From: Callorhinchus milii
Taxonomy: Eukaryota
Assembly (NCBI RefSeq): GCF_018977255.1
Contig: NW_024704743.1
Span: 95,730,001-95,794,000 of the forward strand
Direction of reading: 5' to 3'
DNA: 64,000 nt
A model generated the notes under the pieces. It worked only from the letters and a program-made list of their open reading frames with translations. It was not told where the DNA came from and did no database searches. Shown one piece after another: positions 24,788 to 37,856 of the stretch (positions within the stretch are counted from its first letter, which is position 1; the number at the start of each line of letters is the position of its first letter). Both the position numbers and the translations under genes were made by a program.

Positions 24788-25287
24788 CTGAGTTGGAAGC
24801 AGACAGTCGGATATTTTTGCTATGTATTCCAGACGAGTCAATCTGGTTTTGTAAATTCTGGTTTTGCAGATCCTGTACCTCGTAGTGAGTATCAGAGCAG
24901 TGGTTGGCGTGTGTTTGTTTACATCTTTATAGCTACTCTTATCTGAGTTGTATGGCAGTGTTGACAGCTCTGCTTACTGTGTGCCAACCACTGTAGTGCC
25001 ACATTGGTTCTCTATTCCAGCAAACAATCTGGAGCTTTATGGGGTTTATGCTATTTCAACCTACAGAATAGCTTTTGTGTATCAAATGTTGCTGTTTATT
25101 AGCCAGACCTTTAACATAATTCACTGGGAAGGTAGTTTTCAGGGGATCACTGTTAGCAGAGAACTGGCACTCCTGGTAGAATCAGACAGGATATACTTTA
25201 CTGTTCAAGGTCAAAGCGAGCTTTCAAGTAAAGAATTGTTGACACCTTATGGGAAGGACAGCACCAACCAGGAAAAAAAGTATATAC

Positions 25288-25490
25288 AGTCCTGTAGCTC
25301 AGGGGTTAGAGCACTCGACTTGCAAGCGAGACACTCAATCCACGACTGTTTGTGGGACACTGCTGTAGGCAATTGGCTGCTGCATTTCGCCCACAAATAT
25401 ACGGTCAATTCACTTAACAGCATATTCTGTGAAGCGCTTTGAGACGTCGAGAAGACATGAAAAGCGCTATATTAAATGCAAAGATTATTA
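25288..25490 (+). mobile_element. Internally deleted SINE
   Basis: Head joined directly to cactcaatccacgac body. Confidence 0.8.
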
Positions 25491-26235
25491 TATTTTTATA
25501 AATATAAATGACCTGGATATAGGGAGTACAATTTCCAAGTTTGCAGATGCTGCTAAGTTAGGAGAAGTAGTAAACAGTGAGGAGGATAATAGCAGACTGC
25601 AAGGGGACATAGACAGACTCGTAAAATGGGCCGACGTGTGGCAGATGAAGTTTAATGTGGATGAATGCAAAGTGATGCATTTTGGGAGGAAGAATGATGA
25701 GAGGCCATATAAGCTGATGGTACAATCTTAAAGAGGACAGAGGACCAGAGGGACCTGGGGGTTCATAGAAGTAAATATTTGAAGGTGGCAGGACAGGTAG
25801 ATACAGCTGTTAGAAAAACATACGGGATACTAGACTTTATAAGTAGGGGCATAGAATACAAAAGTCAGGAAGTTACGATGAACCTTCATAAAACATTGGT
25901 TAGGTCTCAGCTGGAGACTGTGTTCAGTTCTGGGCACCACACTTTAGGAAAGATGTTGAGGCATTGGAGAGGGTGCGAAGGAGATTTACCAGGTTGGTAC
26001 CAGGAATGAGGGACTTCAGTTATCAGGAGAGGCGAGAGAAGCGAGGGTTATTCTCCTTGGAGCAGAGAAGGTTAAGAGGAGACTTAATACAAATTTTCAA
26101 AATTATGAGGGGATTTAATAGGGTGAACAAGGAGAAACTATTTCCATTGGCGGGTGGATTGGTAACCCGAGGATACCGATTTAAAATAGTTGTTAAAAGA
26201 AACAGGAGATGAGGAGAAATTTTCTTCACACAAAG
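25490..26235 (+). mobile_element. CR1-clade LINE RT C-terminal fragment
   Basis: IFININDLD, ISKFAD, LQGDIDRLVKWADVWQMKFNVDECKVMHFG, LFSLEQRRLRGDLI. Confidence 0.92.
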
Positions 26236-26385
26236 TTTTTTCTCAATCTCTCCCAATACCTTAAAATTAACCCAATTTTCATCAAAATAAGCATAAATTA
26301 TTAAAACAAACCTGTAGACACCCAAAGTGTACTAAGCATTTCTTGAAATACAGTGCAATACTGACTCCAGTAATAAAAATGCACT

Positions 26386-26706
26386 TAATAATAATAATAA
26401 TAATAATCCTTGCATTTGATATAGCGCTTTTCACGTCGGGAGGACGTCCCAAAGCGCTTCACAGAACACACTGTAAAGTGAATTGACTGTGTATTTGTGG
26501 GCGAACGCAGCAGCCAATTGCAGCAATGTCCCACAAACAGTCGTAGATTGAAAATGACCAATTTTATTATTGTTTTGTTTTTTTGGAGGGATTATTATTA
26601 GGCGTGTGAAGTAAGGAAACTTGCCCAAGGTTTCGCCCTGCCTGGAAATGAACTCAGGTCTCTCGCTTGCAAAGCGAGTACTCTAACCACTGAGCTGCAG
26701 GACTCC
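26386..26706 (-). mobile_element. tRNA-derived SINE, young short subfamily
   Basis: Full length. Confidence 0.92.
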
Positions 26707-26894
26707 ACTTGACAATTTTGCTTCCCTAAACCACACCGCGTCATCTTATTTTAAAGTAAATCTTCCATTTGTGTGTCTAGAAAGCAGCATTGAATAAATC
26801 GGAGAACTGAATATTTGAAGATTTAATACTGTGCACTGCAAGAAATTATTTCCAGTGACCTGTGGAACAATAAAGAAGTTGTCTATAACTTATG

Positions 26895-27830
26895 CCAGTG
26901 ACCTTAGAGGAGCAAAGAGATCTGGGGATTCAGATCCACAAATCTCTAAAAGTAGCCAAACAGATAGATAAGGCTTGAAAATCTTGGGCTTGAAATACAA
27001 CAATAACTTGCATTTATATAGTGCTCTTTATGCAGTGTAGTGTCATAGACAAATGGAGTATAAAATTGAGGAAGTGATGTTGAAATTCTATGAAACCTTG
27101 GTTAGAGCATGTCTTGAGTACTGAAGCCAGTTTGTTGCCACACAAGAAGGATTTGGCATTGATGGAAAGAGGGCTGGCAGGTTACTGGTACCAATTTGGA
27201 CTGGATAAGTAACTTGTTTTTGCTAGAAAAGGTACCTAATAGAGGTGATTAAAATTATAAAAGGGTTTGTTGGGGAGTCGGTAACTAAGAGACACAAAAT
27301 AACGACCAGGGAATCTAAAAGAGAATTTGGGAGGAGAGGAGCTTCCTCCCACAACTTATTGCCAGAAGTGTTAGTTGAAGCAGATAATATAGATCCATAT
27401 AAGAGGATGCTATACATACACGCAAAAGGGAGAAGGGAATGGAAGGATATGGGAGTGAGTAAGGAGTGGCTGGAGTTTTAACACTGGGATGGACTGGTAG
27501 TGCCGAATGGCCTGTTTGTGTGCTGTACAGTGTATGTAAATCTATGTGAGGTGGTAACCAGAGAGCATAGATTTAAGGTAATTACCAAAGAGAGTACAAA
27601 GGGAGAAATTAGTTTTTTTTCTTCATATGGATTTTAGTGCTGCCCAGAATGGTGGTTGAGGCAGAATCTATCTTAACTTTGAAGAGGGAATTAGATATAT
27701 ATTTAAAAAGGAGAAGAAATATAAAAGTGTATGAAGAAAAGAGGAGAGTGGGACAAAGTGAATAGCTCGTTCAGAGAACCAACGCAGGTACAAATGCTTC
27801 CTTGTGTGCAGTAATTTTGTATTGTCCTAC
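26895..27830 (+). mobile_element. Degraded CR1 3' fragments
   Basis: RDLG..., LVR..LEY-like and CR1 3' UTR-like segments. Confidence 0.7.
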
Positions 27831-28212
27831 TTATTATTTCAGTATTATTTAATTTTTATAATTGTCTTCTGAAAATGTGCATTTTGTTTTCTTGAAGATC
27901 AGAGTTTTTAATACACTTTATTTACTGGAATCTATGACCCAGGTGGATTTTATTGGTTTTTGGAGAAAAATATGGGCTTTTCTGTTGTTATAATTCACAG
28001 TTGATTCTAAAGCACACTCCTGGAGGTATGTTTTAGGTTTGAGTAAATGTGGTATATTGTGCTATTAATATGTTCTTTTTTGCAGCTTATAAATCGTGCA
28101 TCTTCCTTTTCTGTAATAGTTTGTGGTTCATAATAACAAATTGGTAACACATTTGTTTTGTTTTTTCTTTATAGGAACGATTGGCAGAGTTGTCCCCACT
28201 TCTACTAGTGAA

Positions 28213-29844
28213 ATGTTAGTGTCTACACAGTTGTTGCTTCCAGCACTTAGGAATGTAGAAATAAGTCGAAGGTGGATACATGCTACCGCCAGCTACCATC
28301 AAACTCTCTGGAGTTGCCAATCAGTACAGGTTGGTCAACATGCAGCAGACAGATCTCAGCAGAAGACTGCACCACCCCTCTCATTAAGGTACAGAAAACT
28401 CAAGAATGCTTTCTGTTGTTCCCAAACAAGGAGCTACAGGACCACATTTGCACACTTTTACAAACTTACTCCTCATCAAGTTAACAGCATCTTGAAGGCC
28501 AATGAGTATACTTTTAAAGTCTCTGAATTTGATGGGAAGAATGTCAGTTCTGTTCTTGGATTTGACACGAACCAGTTGCCATCCAATTCACCGGTGGAAG
28601 ACCGAAGAAGTGCAGCTACTTGCCTGCAGACCAGGGGAATGCTTTTGGGTGTCTTTGATGGACATGCAGGATGTGCTTGTGCACAAAGCCTCAGTGAACG
28701 ATTGTTTTACTACATTGCTGTTGCTTTACTGCCTCAAGAAACCTTAATAGAAATCGAGAATGCAGTAGAAACTGGGCGAGTCGTATTGCCAATTCTTCAA
28801 TGGCACAAACACCCCAATGACTACTTCAGTAAAGAGGCTTCCAAGCTGTACTTTGATAGCCTGCGTACCTACTGGCAGGAACTAATTGACCTCCATACCA
28901 CGGAGATACCTGATGAAAAGGAGGCTTTGCTAAATTCTTTCAAAAGACTTGATAATGATATATCATTGGAAGCTCAAGTGGGAAACAGCAACAGCTTTCT
29001 CAACCACTGGGTGTTGCGAGTGGCATTTTCTGGTGCGACTGCCTGCATTGCACACGTGGATGGTGTAGATTTGCACATTGCAAATGTTGGAGATAGCAGA
29101 GCCGTACTCGGTGTCCAAGAAGAGGATGGGAGCTGGTCTGCACTTACACTGTCTAATGACCACAATGCACAGAATGAGTGTGAAACTAAAAGAGTTCGAT
29201 CTGAACACCCCAAATCTGAAGCAAAAACTGTCATTAAACAAGACCGATTGCTTGGCTTGTTAATGCCATTTAGAGCGTTTGGAGATGTTAAGTTCAAGTG
29301 GAGCATTGATCTGCAGAAGAGAGTATTAGAATCTGGGCCAGAGATGTTAAACGAGAGTGAATATAACAAGTTTATCCCACCTAATTATCACACACCCCCC
29401 TACCTAACTGCTCAACCTGAAATTACTTATCATAAACTACGACCTCAGGACAAATTTCTTGTATTAGCCACAGATGGTCTGTGGGACGTATTACACAGAC
29501 AGGAAGTAATCAGGATTGTTGGGGAGCATCTGACTGGTGTCCAGCTTCAGCAACCTATTTCTGTTGGTGGTTACAAAGTGACTCTTGGTCAAATGCACAG
29601 CCTATTAATGGAGAGAAGAGCTAATGCGTCACCTTCATTTGAGGATCAGAATTCTGCAACATATCTTTTACGATATGCAGTTGGTCACAATGAGTTTGGG
29701 GCAATTGATCATAAGCGACTGTCCAAAATGCTGAGTCTTCCTGAAGAACTGGCCCGGATGTACAGAGATGATATAACCATTACAGTGGTGCAATTCAATT
29801 CTCATGTTATAAATGCACATTACAAAACTAGTCCAGAAAACTGA
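28213..29844 (+). CDS. PDP1: Pyruvate dehydrogenase phosphatase catalytic subunit 1, mitochondrial (PP2C/PPM family), single coding exon, 543 aa
   Basis: PP2C motifs EDRR, VFDGHAG, NVGDSRA, RAFGD, LATDGLWD, RDDIT; PDP1-type LTPHQVNSILKANEY, WHKHPNDYFSKEASKLYF, LSKMLSLPEELARMYRDD. Acceptor ttctttatAG ends at 28174 and ATG is at 28213; the ORF-track start at 28123 is intronic. Confidence 0.96.
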   Translation: MLVSTQLLLPALRNVEISRRWIHATASYHQTLWSCQSVQVGQHAADRSQQKTAPPLSLRYRKLKNAFCCSQTRSYRTTFAHFYKLTPHQVNSILKANEYTFKVSEFDGKNVSSVLGFDTNQLPSNSPVEDRRSAATCLQTRGMLLGVFDGHAGCACAQSLSERLFYYIAVALLPQETLIEIENAVETGRVVLPILQWHKHPNDYFSKEASKLYFDSLRTYWQELIDLHTTEIPDEKEALLNSFKRLDNDISLEAQVGNSNSFLNHWVLRVAFSGATACIAHVDGVDLHIANVGDSRAVLGVQEEDGSWSALTLSNDHNAQNECETKRVRSEHPKSEAKTVIKQDRLLGLLMPFRAFGDVKFKWSIDLQKRVLESGPEMLNESEYNKFIPPNYHTPPYLTAQPEITYHKLRPQDKFLVLATDGLWDVLHRQEVIRIVGEHLTGVQLQQPISVGGYKVTLGQMHSLLMERRANASPSFEDQNSATYLLRYAVGHNEFGAIDHKRLSKMLSLPEELARMYRDDITITVVQFNSHVINAHYKTSPEN

Positions 29845-32800
29845 ATCTCCCAGTATCTGGATGAAATAGTGGACAAAGTATGATATGCAATGTTATGGGA
29901 CTGGAGTGCAGTTGAAACTGGTGTTTATATTTATTCTTGTAATAAGCAAATGTTAGTTTGGTATTTTTGATATTTTGGAGTCCCAATGTTGGAAACTTTG
30001 ATGGTTGCTGTAAGTTAATAAGTAGGAAAGTTAATTGTAAGCAAAATCCTCTGGAATAAGCCTTCTTCATAACTTTTTGCCTTGTAAACTTGAGATCCAG
30101 GCTAGTTTAACTGATGGTAACTAGGCACAAGAGAACTGAAACTGAGACATTTTTTGTAAATATATATCCTGCTTTTGTATCAATTGCAAGATTCATCTCA
30201 TATGAAGTATTGTTACATTATTTTGTGTATTAATTGTTTGGGCATCCATATTACAGTACAGATAATTGGACTGGAAAGTTAAGTGGCGGAGGTGGCCCTA
30301 GTAATGGTATATACAGTACCAGGTTATTGTTGTTTTATCAAGTCCCTGCATTTAGACCACTAATCCTCCACAATTTGAGTTCAATTTAGCGATTGCTGGA
30401 ACTCAAACAACAGCAAACCTTTATGTTTATCCTAAACTATTATCCCTTTAAAACCAAAACTCGGCATGTTGATTGTATATTTAAAGTGGGTTTCTGTGTT
30501 TATAAGGATGGTAAAACGATGGGCATGGCAGTTTTAAATTTGTGAACCATAAAAGATGAGCTGTAAACTCAGACTGTTTTTGTTGGTCCTATGGATTATG
30601 TTCAGTTTAGACAGTGTTTGCCTTATGCATGTGTTCTTTTCAAATCTTTCAATCTTGCTGTGAACATTGAGACAGTGAATTGGTTCAAGGGTTAATGGTG
30701 CAACCCAGCAATTAGCAGCATGTCTGGTGCACATCTTTATCTTGATATGTACGCAGTTTTAACTTGTGTGTTTGCAACGAAAGAACGTCCAGTATTTGTC
30801 TGCTTACAATCAGTTGTTACAGTTTGTATGCACTGTTACACAGGAATGATGGTTAAAGGTCAGCTCTTTTGTAAAAAAAAGCATTTTTAAGTTGTATTTG
30901 GATTGATTGCACAACTTCAGGTTAAGAACTACAATTAGCGTTTTAACAGTGGAACTAGTAATCTCATAATTGCAAAAAGTGCTGCGTCTCCAAGACTTGT
31001 CTTCCACACCTGTTAAGAGAGTGGGAAATGCATTTTGTGTTTTTTTTAAAAAACTTTTTTATCATAAAGGAACAAGAATACTTTTGAATATTATGTTTTT
31101 GTTTTGGAGGGAAATTTTCAGATTTGTGTGTGGTGTAGTGGCTCCATTATCAGTCTTAAGAGCTCCATATTTAAATGGCAAATGTGATTTGATGAGGAAA
31201 TGGTGTATGTATTACTTGAGGGTTTTCATTCCAGATCATTGATAATTTGCAACCATATTTGTGAGTCTTTCACTGGTGTTTCACTGCAGCCCAGTCACTG
31301 AGTCATGCTAAGTAAGATAGGAACTGGCATCCTCTGTTCACCCACAAATGCACAGTCACTCCCAATGTGAAAGGCACTATACTAAATGTGAGGATTATTG
31401 TTATTATCCTGAAGAGCAACCACTAAAATAACTTGCCTTTTAATCTTTATTGGTAACTGTTGGACTCTTCAATAATGGAAGTAATATTGTTTTTTCTTGA
31501 TTTTTTTTGTCCATGGAAGAGTTTCCTTGCAGCTCTGTAAAAGCATTTTTTGTAAAGCTTTGACTTGCATAAACGTAAGCTCTGAAATTTACAAGTACAA
31601 TATTTTACGTTTCATTTGTCAGGACACCACATACTAAATTAACTGGTTATAATATATATAGTATTACATATGATCCCTACCAGTTAAAAAATAAAGAAAG
31701 CTATTTATTTTGCTGTGGAATGGTTGCTCATATGGACTTGTTTCTTCGTAAAATATGCTGCATCTGATCAAGGAGCAGCATTTTCAAGGAAGTTTTCTTT
31801 ATATGAATGTACACTGAAATATTTCTGTTCACAGAAATATAAGGAATTGTATATAATGAAATTCTCTTTTTGGTGATACTGAATGTTGCTATTCATTGAG
31901 TAAAAAAAAATGCCTTCACTTAAGTGTAACAGCTGTTAAAATGGCTGGGCATTGTGACTGAAATGCACATCTTGGAAAAAGGACAGTGCTAGACTTCCTA
32001 AAGAAAAATATGAAAATGAAGTACTTGGAATTTGCAACGTATAATATAGAAAGTTGATTGCACGAAAACACAACTGGCTTAAGATCAACTCTTCTCTAGC
32101 CTACATTGTCTATGGGACTTGATTGTAAAATATTACCATTCTTAAAATGTTGGGTTTTAACGATAAAACTTCTATCGTGTACATTAATATTGGACATTTT
32201 GTGGGGTATCTGTGTACATGCACTATATTGGCATCTTTTGAGAGCGATCTAGAATATATTTAGTCTGCATCATATGATTTCTCTTTCAATGAAGAAATTA
32301 TAAGCTATGTATTGCATCACAGCTCTTGTTACATCTAATGTTTCAGAGTGAGACTTACAGTGAACAGATGGATTGTTGTACTTTGTTTGATGACCAATGT
32401 ACTATATTGTATTCTGTTATATTCAGCACTTGGCTGCTGACTATCTTTGCTACATTGAGATCAATGCATCTTTTGTTGACAAATATATTTATGGCGTATT
32501 TAATGACTACATTTCCATGGTGTCCTTTAATGCTTTGTTTTTCTAGTTGTACAGTTTACATAGAGTTGCAACAAACCAATTATCTGCCTCAATTTGTTCT
32601 GTGTTAGCTTTTGAGTTCTGACAGTTAATAACCAAAAGCATGCCTTTGTAGCATTTTAACATGTGTTTTTTAAAAATCTTTTTTTTAAACTTACTCTTAA
32701 CCAATCTTGGCCTGGCTCAGGTGGATAGCACTTGCCTCTGAGTCAGAAGGTTGGTTACACGTCTAGACTGATACTGCTGTGCAATGCTGGCAAATGTTGT

Positions 32801-33394
32801 TTTGCCAGAAGTGTTTTCTTAAAGGTCACACTACTCAAAGAGAGAGCTGTACTGTAGTTTCAAACATCTGATTGACTGCCTTGAATGAGAGTCAATTTCT
32901 GTTCAATTCCATCTATTTTCTGCTGATGACTCTCCCAAGCTGTGGATTGAGTGTTCAAATCTTGTTTCAATCAGGATCTTTAGGAAATTCAAAAACTAAT
33001 TGATAGGTGAGTCAGGATGCAAACCTCAGTCCAAAAGATGAAAGGGCAGTGTGCTTAAGGTAACCTTTAGCTCTTGTTTACGGTTAATGACATACTGTTC
33101 ACTTGGGTGCAGAACAAACTGAACTGCAAATAGTGTTTCTCAATGTTCCAAACCAATAAATAAACCCAATGAATACCTTTAATTTATATGCTGGGAAATG
33201 CCACATTGGCAGAAGTGCCGTCTTAAATCATACTCACATAGTAGTGCTGTGTGGTCTTTAGTGCCTATAATTGTCTCAGGCTGTCTCATCAGCAGGACTT
33301 GGAGGTCACTGGACTCTTTCCACTCAGCTCCTTTCCACTCAGCAAACCAAGCCAAAGCCCCAACAAATGAGGTGGTGGCTCAACCTTGACAAGC

Positions 33395-33700
33395 AGCAAG
33401 AAGCTTGCCATTGCCACATAGCACTCGCAATGGCAAACTATACTGTTTTCCTGATTAAGCCAACAGTACCCCATCAACACACTGGGTTCCCCAATCCTTG
33501 GTTATTGCCAAACTGAGAATGATACTCTCCGGAATTAAGTAGGGAGATTAGTCCCTCGAGGGACAGAGTGTACATTCCATTCCAGAACACAGAAATTTTT
33601 GTGTGTAAGTCACATACATATGTGATACTCTGTCTGGTTTGGATACTCTTAAGCATGGTGATGAGTATTCACATATGTCAAGACACCTGGCTAACCCCCA
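33395..33700. repeat. Unidentified old interspersed repeat; copies at ~41160..41445 and ~45259..45350
   Basis: Shared blocks aagcttgcca, agagtgt.cattccattcca, tggat.ctcttaa.catggtg, gacacc..gct.acc. Confidence 0.8.
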
Positions 33701-34142
33701 TAAAATCTTTTGGTTAAACTAGTCCAAATCAATGTACACAATAGAAGTTGTAAGCTGATCACTGTCGTCTTGTGGCTTTGACACTAATGCCACATTTAGC
33801 TTGCTGGATATTTGAGACCCTTTTCAGATTAGTTGGCGAGTAGTGGGAGCCTTCCAGTGCTTGGAATCTGTCCAGCATTCTTTGCAAAGCAGAATCCAAA
33901 GAAGTGACTCAAGCTGCTCGTCCCATCCCCCCTCCCCTCTCCATGCCAGAAACACAGGAAACACCAACCCCTGAGAACAGCACAGTGCTGCTCAATGCTA
34001 AAGGCAAAACAAAGCCACTCTTTTGGTAGGCCACCTTGTTTATTTTTCAGCGCTGTTACCAAAGGCAAAGAGTATCCTGTGGAACAGGCTCCCTAGGGAG
34101 ATGGTTGAAGCAGGAAGTGTTGATTCCTTCAAACACAAGTTA

Positions 34143-34438
34143 CGCTCAGCCGGCTCTGGCCTGCTCCACGTCCCCCAACCCACCTGCCCCACCATTCGCG
34201 GGTGAGCCTTCAGTCACTCTGCCCCCAACCTCTGGAATTCCATCCCCCAATAGCTCTGCCTCGCCCCCTCCTTAGCCTCCTTCAAGTCCCTCCTCAAAAC
34301 CCTCCTCTTCGACCATGCTATCGGTCATCCCCTCCCCTTCCTTCTCCCTCCCTGACCCCAGCTCGGGTCTGAAATGCTACAGCGCCTTGGAATGTCTGCC
34401 CGACGTGAAAGGTGCTATACAAATGTAATCTTGTTGTA
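34143..34438 (+). mobile_element. L2 3' fragment inserted into a CR1 3' remnant (~34030..34580)
   Basis: CR1-like WNRLPREMVEAGSVDSFK switches abruptly to L2 RSAGSGLL; CR1-like sequence resumes after the tail. Confidence 0.75.
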
Positions 34439-35832
34439 GATAGTTTGGGTTCAGGAAATAACATTATGGGATATAGTACATGAGTAGTTTGGGACATACG
34501 TGCATTTGACTGCCGGAAAGTGGAAAGCGAACTAGATGGACCTTTTCTTTGTCTATCATTTCTTATGTTCTTATGTTATGTTCTAAAGGCAAAACTCTGT
34601 GAGAGCAGGATTGTAAGCTAAAAGAGCCACGAGGAGCTATCAGACTTGGACATCAATCTAGACCCACTTTGATCTAAATTCCTGACTGCAAATAGAATAT
34701 TCCTTGTGTGTCTATGCTCCCTAGTAAGATCTATTCATAAAACCAAATTCCTACTTCAAATATACAGTGCTGTGTTGACCAAAAGCAACAGTATAAAATT
34801 TGTAACTCAGAACTAGCCTGAACATAACTTTAGTATGAGCTACAGCACTTCATAAATAAATAGTAACTAATATAAATGTCTTAGCTGAGCATTTCGCATA
34901 CCATAGAAATTACAGAATAATCTCATTAAACAAAAGTTAGCCACAAGTAAAATATACATCCTATTGTAGGAAGGCCGGTTCCCACCCGCATTCTCACCCC
35001 AAGGAGCCTAAGGACAAGATTGAACAGGAATGCAATTCTGTGGAGGATACTCTACATTTTGCCCACAAAATATACAGTCAGATCACTTTACAGTATATAC
35101 AGCGCTGTGAAGCGCTTTAAGACGTCTCAACAATGTGGTAAGGGGCTATATCAAATGCAAGGATTATTATTATAAATGCCAGGTAAGAAAGTTTTGATGG
35201 TGAATGGTGGTTATTGAGGACATGAAGCCATTCTGGACTCTATAGATGAAAAAAAATATTGAGCTACAATCATTATAGACTCCGTCCCTCTACAAGGGTG
35301 CAAAATGGACTGTGTGCAGTATGAAGACATTTCTAAACTGGCTTAGGAGACTGCGTTAAGAGCAGGAATCTTAACATTGACAGTTCAAAGCATGGCCATA
35401 TTACTTTTCGGGCATCTTCTATGGTTCATGAGTTGTTTTTAGTTTGGGGTTTTCGCTTCAGTTCAATAAATATTATTATTATTCAGTTACACCTGGTGGC
35501 TGCATGCTGTATCCACACACAGCAGTTACACCTGCAGCCACACCAGCTGACTGTGGTGCTGTGACATCCTACATCACAGAGCAGGCACGTAGCCAAGCGG
35601 CGGGAACAAAATAAAGAACGCAGACAAAGGCAACAACAACAAAATTACATTTTTAAAGCATCGAGTCCTCCAACTGTGTCCTCCCAAAAGGAGTCCTCCC
35701 ACAGGAGTCCTCCCAGATGAGTATAGATAAAGATGAAATGTCTGTCTGTGTGTCAATCTACATTCCATATTGGATCCTTTGGTTGCAAGCAAAGCTGCAA
35801 TGGGTACTGCTAATACTATATAAAAACAATGT

Positions 35833-36203
35833 GGAGTCCTGTAGCTCACTGGGTAGAGCACTCGCCTCGCAAGCGAGAGGACCTTGGTTTGATTCCTGGG
35901 CAGGGCGAAACCTTAAGTAAGTTTCCTTACTCCACACGCCTGTTTACCTAGCAATAAGTAGGAACCCAGATATTAGTCGATTGGGGACCGCTAGTCTGGG
36001 GGTGATAATTCCCTCAAAAAATAATAATAATTTAGTCAGTCAATTCACGACTGTTTGTGGGTCACAGCTTAGCATAATTGGCTGCTGTGTTGCGCCCACA
36101 AAATATACAGTCAATCCACTCTACAATATATTCTGTAAAGCGCTTTGAGACATCGTGAAGATGTGATAAGGCACTGTACTAAATACAAGGATTATTATTA
36201 TTA
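35833..36203 (+). mobile_element. tRNA-derived SINE, long subfamily
   Basis: Full length with central segment. Confidence 0.9.
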
Positions 36204-37458
36204 ACCATGGAATGTTGGTAATCTTACACACTTCAGCATCCTCCATGTACTAATCTCCCAGAGTCGAATCCTGCATTAGGAATTGGGAGATGAATCACAG
36301 GTAGGGTGATGAATCCAGCTAAAATGGGAGACCTTCCTTCTGAGAGAGAACACTGACAAAAGGACTATCAGCCAAATGTCAAGTCTCTGTTGTTGGTTAT
36401 TGGCAAGAAAAATAGAAGTGGATATTGCCATAAAGGGCGATTAGTACCTCATTCTAAGACATTCACCTTTAAGTAACCACCATTCACCTTCAAGTAACAT
36501 TTAAGTTAAGTTCTTGAATATGTGTTATACAATACTGCTGATAAGGAAATCTTAAAAAAACACAGCAATCCAGCTTCAAGTGAACAATTCTAAATATTAT
36601 AGCATCCCAAACCAAAATCAATTTTATGTGTTGCTATTTGTGTTTTTTTCCAATTTAGATTGTATTTTTAAAAATCCTATTTCAAATATTGTGTGTCAAG
36701 AATTTAAAAACTACAAATCTATTGACTGCATTTCTAATAAGTCCTAAATTATTTTGAGTTATATTTTGGGTGTGTGAAATTATGAAATAATACTCTTGCA
36801 GCTCCCTCTGCAGGAAGGTCTAGTTAAGCTGGGTAAGCTAGGCTATCAGCAAGTCTCTCTATGTTATTCTCTGAAGCACAGTGCCATCTTGGGGATGTAC
36901 AGTGAGAACTTGTTACTGAGAGGCATATTTAATGCTGAGTGTCCAGGTTAAAGACGATTTTGAGTTTGGAGTTCTGATAATTTAGAGCTGGAGGTTGGCT
37001 GGAGCCACTAGTGGAGCTGTGGTTAGCTATCTGCAAATAAGAGTCTGCAGAACTGTATCTGTTTGCTGGTGATTTATTATGGCATGTAGGAGGACCTAAT
37101 TTGGATCATCTAACTCTCTAGGCAGGTACTTTCTTGTTGGTTCTGCTCTTTCTGCCATGTTACCTAGGCCACTCATAATGTGAGCATTGCTTCTTGCATT
37201 TCCTATAGGCAGCACAACTGACGCACATTCCAACACAAGAAATAATAGGTATTCACACATAATAATAGCAATCCTTGCATTTGATATAATGCTTTTCATG
37301 TTTGGAAGACATCTCAAAGCACCTCACATAATTTTATTGCAAAGTATATTGTAATGACCATGTATTTTGTAGGCAAACATGCCAGCCAATTTGCACCCAG
37401 CAATGTCCAACAAACAACCATGAAGTGAATGACCATTATTTTATTTGGGGGATTAGTA

Positions 37459-37856
37459 TAATAATAATAATAATAATAATAATAATCTTTCCATTTGATA
37501 TAGCGTCTTATCAAGTCTTCAAGATGTCTCAAGGCGCTTCACAGAATATACTGTAAAAGTGAATTGACTTTGAATTGATTTTGTGGGCGAAACGCAGCAG
37601 CCAATTGCACACAGCAATGTCCCACAAACAGTCATGGATTGAGTGACCAAATTATTATCTTTTTTATTTTTGGAAGGGATTATTACCTCCAGAAAAGTGA
37701 TCCGCCAATCAACTAACAACCGGGTTCGTACTTACTGCTAGGTAAGCAGAGGTGTGCAGAGTAAGGAAATTTGCCTAAGGTTGCACCCTATCCAGAAATT
37801 GAACCCAGGTACTCTCGCTTGTGAGGCGAGTGCTCTAACCACTAAGCTTCAGGACA
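37459..37856 (-). mobile_element. tRNA-derived SINE, long subfamily
   Basis: Full length; flanked by older SINE remnants. Confidence 0.9.

Noticed and set aside
24015..24946. Pro/Gly-rich and (TEGWW)n / (STSPV)n ORFs
   Set aside because: Translations of low-complexity and 15-bp tandem repeats
28123..28212. ORF-track N-terminal extension of PDP1
   Set aside because: Starts at a GTG in the intron and crosses the polypyrimidine tract and acceptor
28213..29844. PDP1 as a retrogene because the CDS is intronless
   Set aside because: A single coding exon preceded by an acceptor is the normal PDP1 structure
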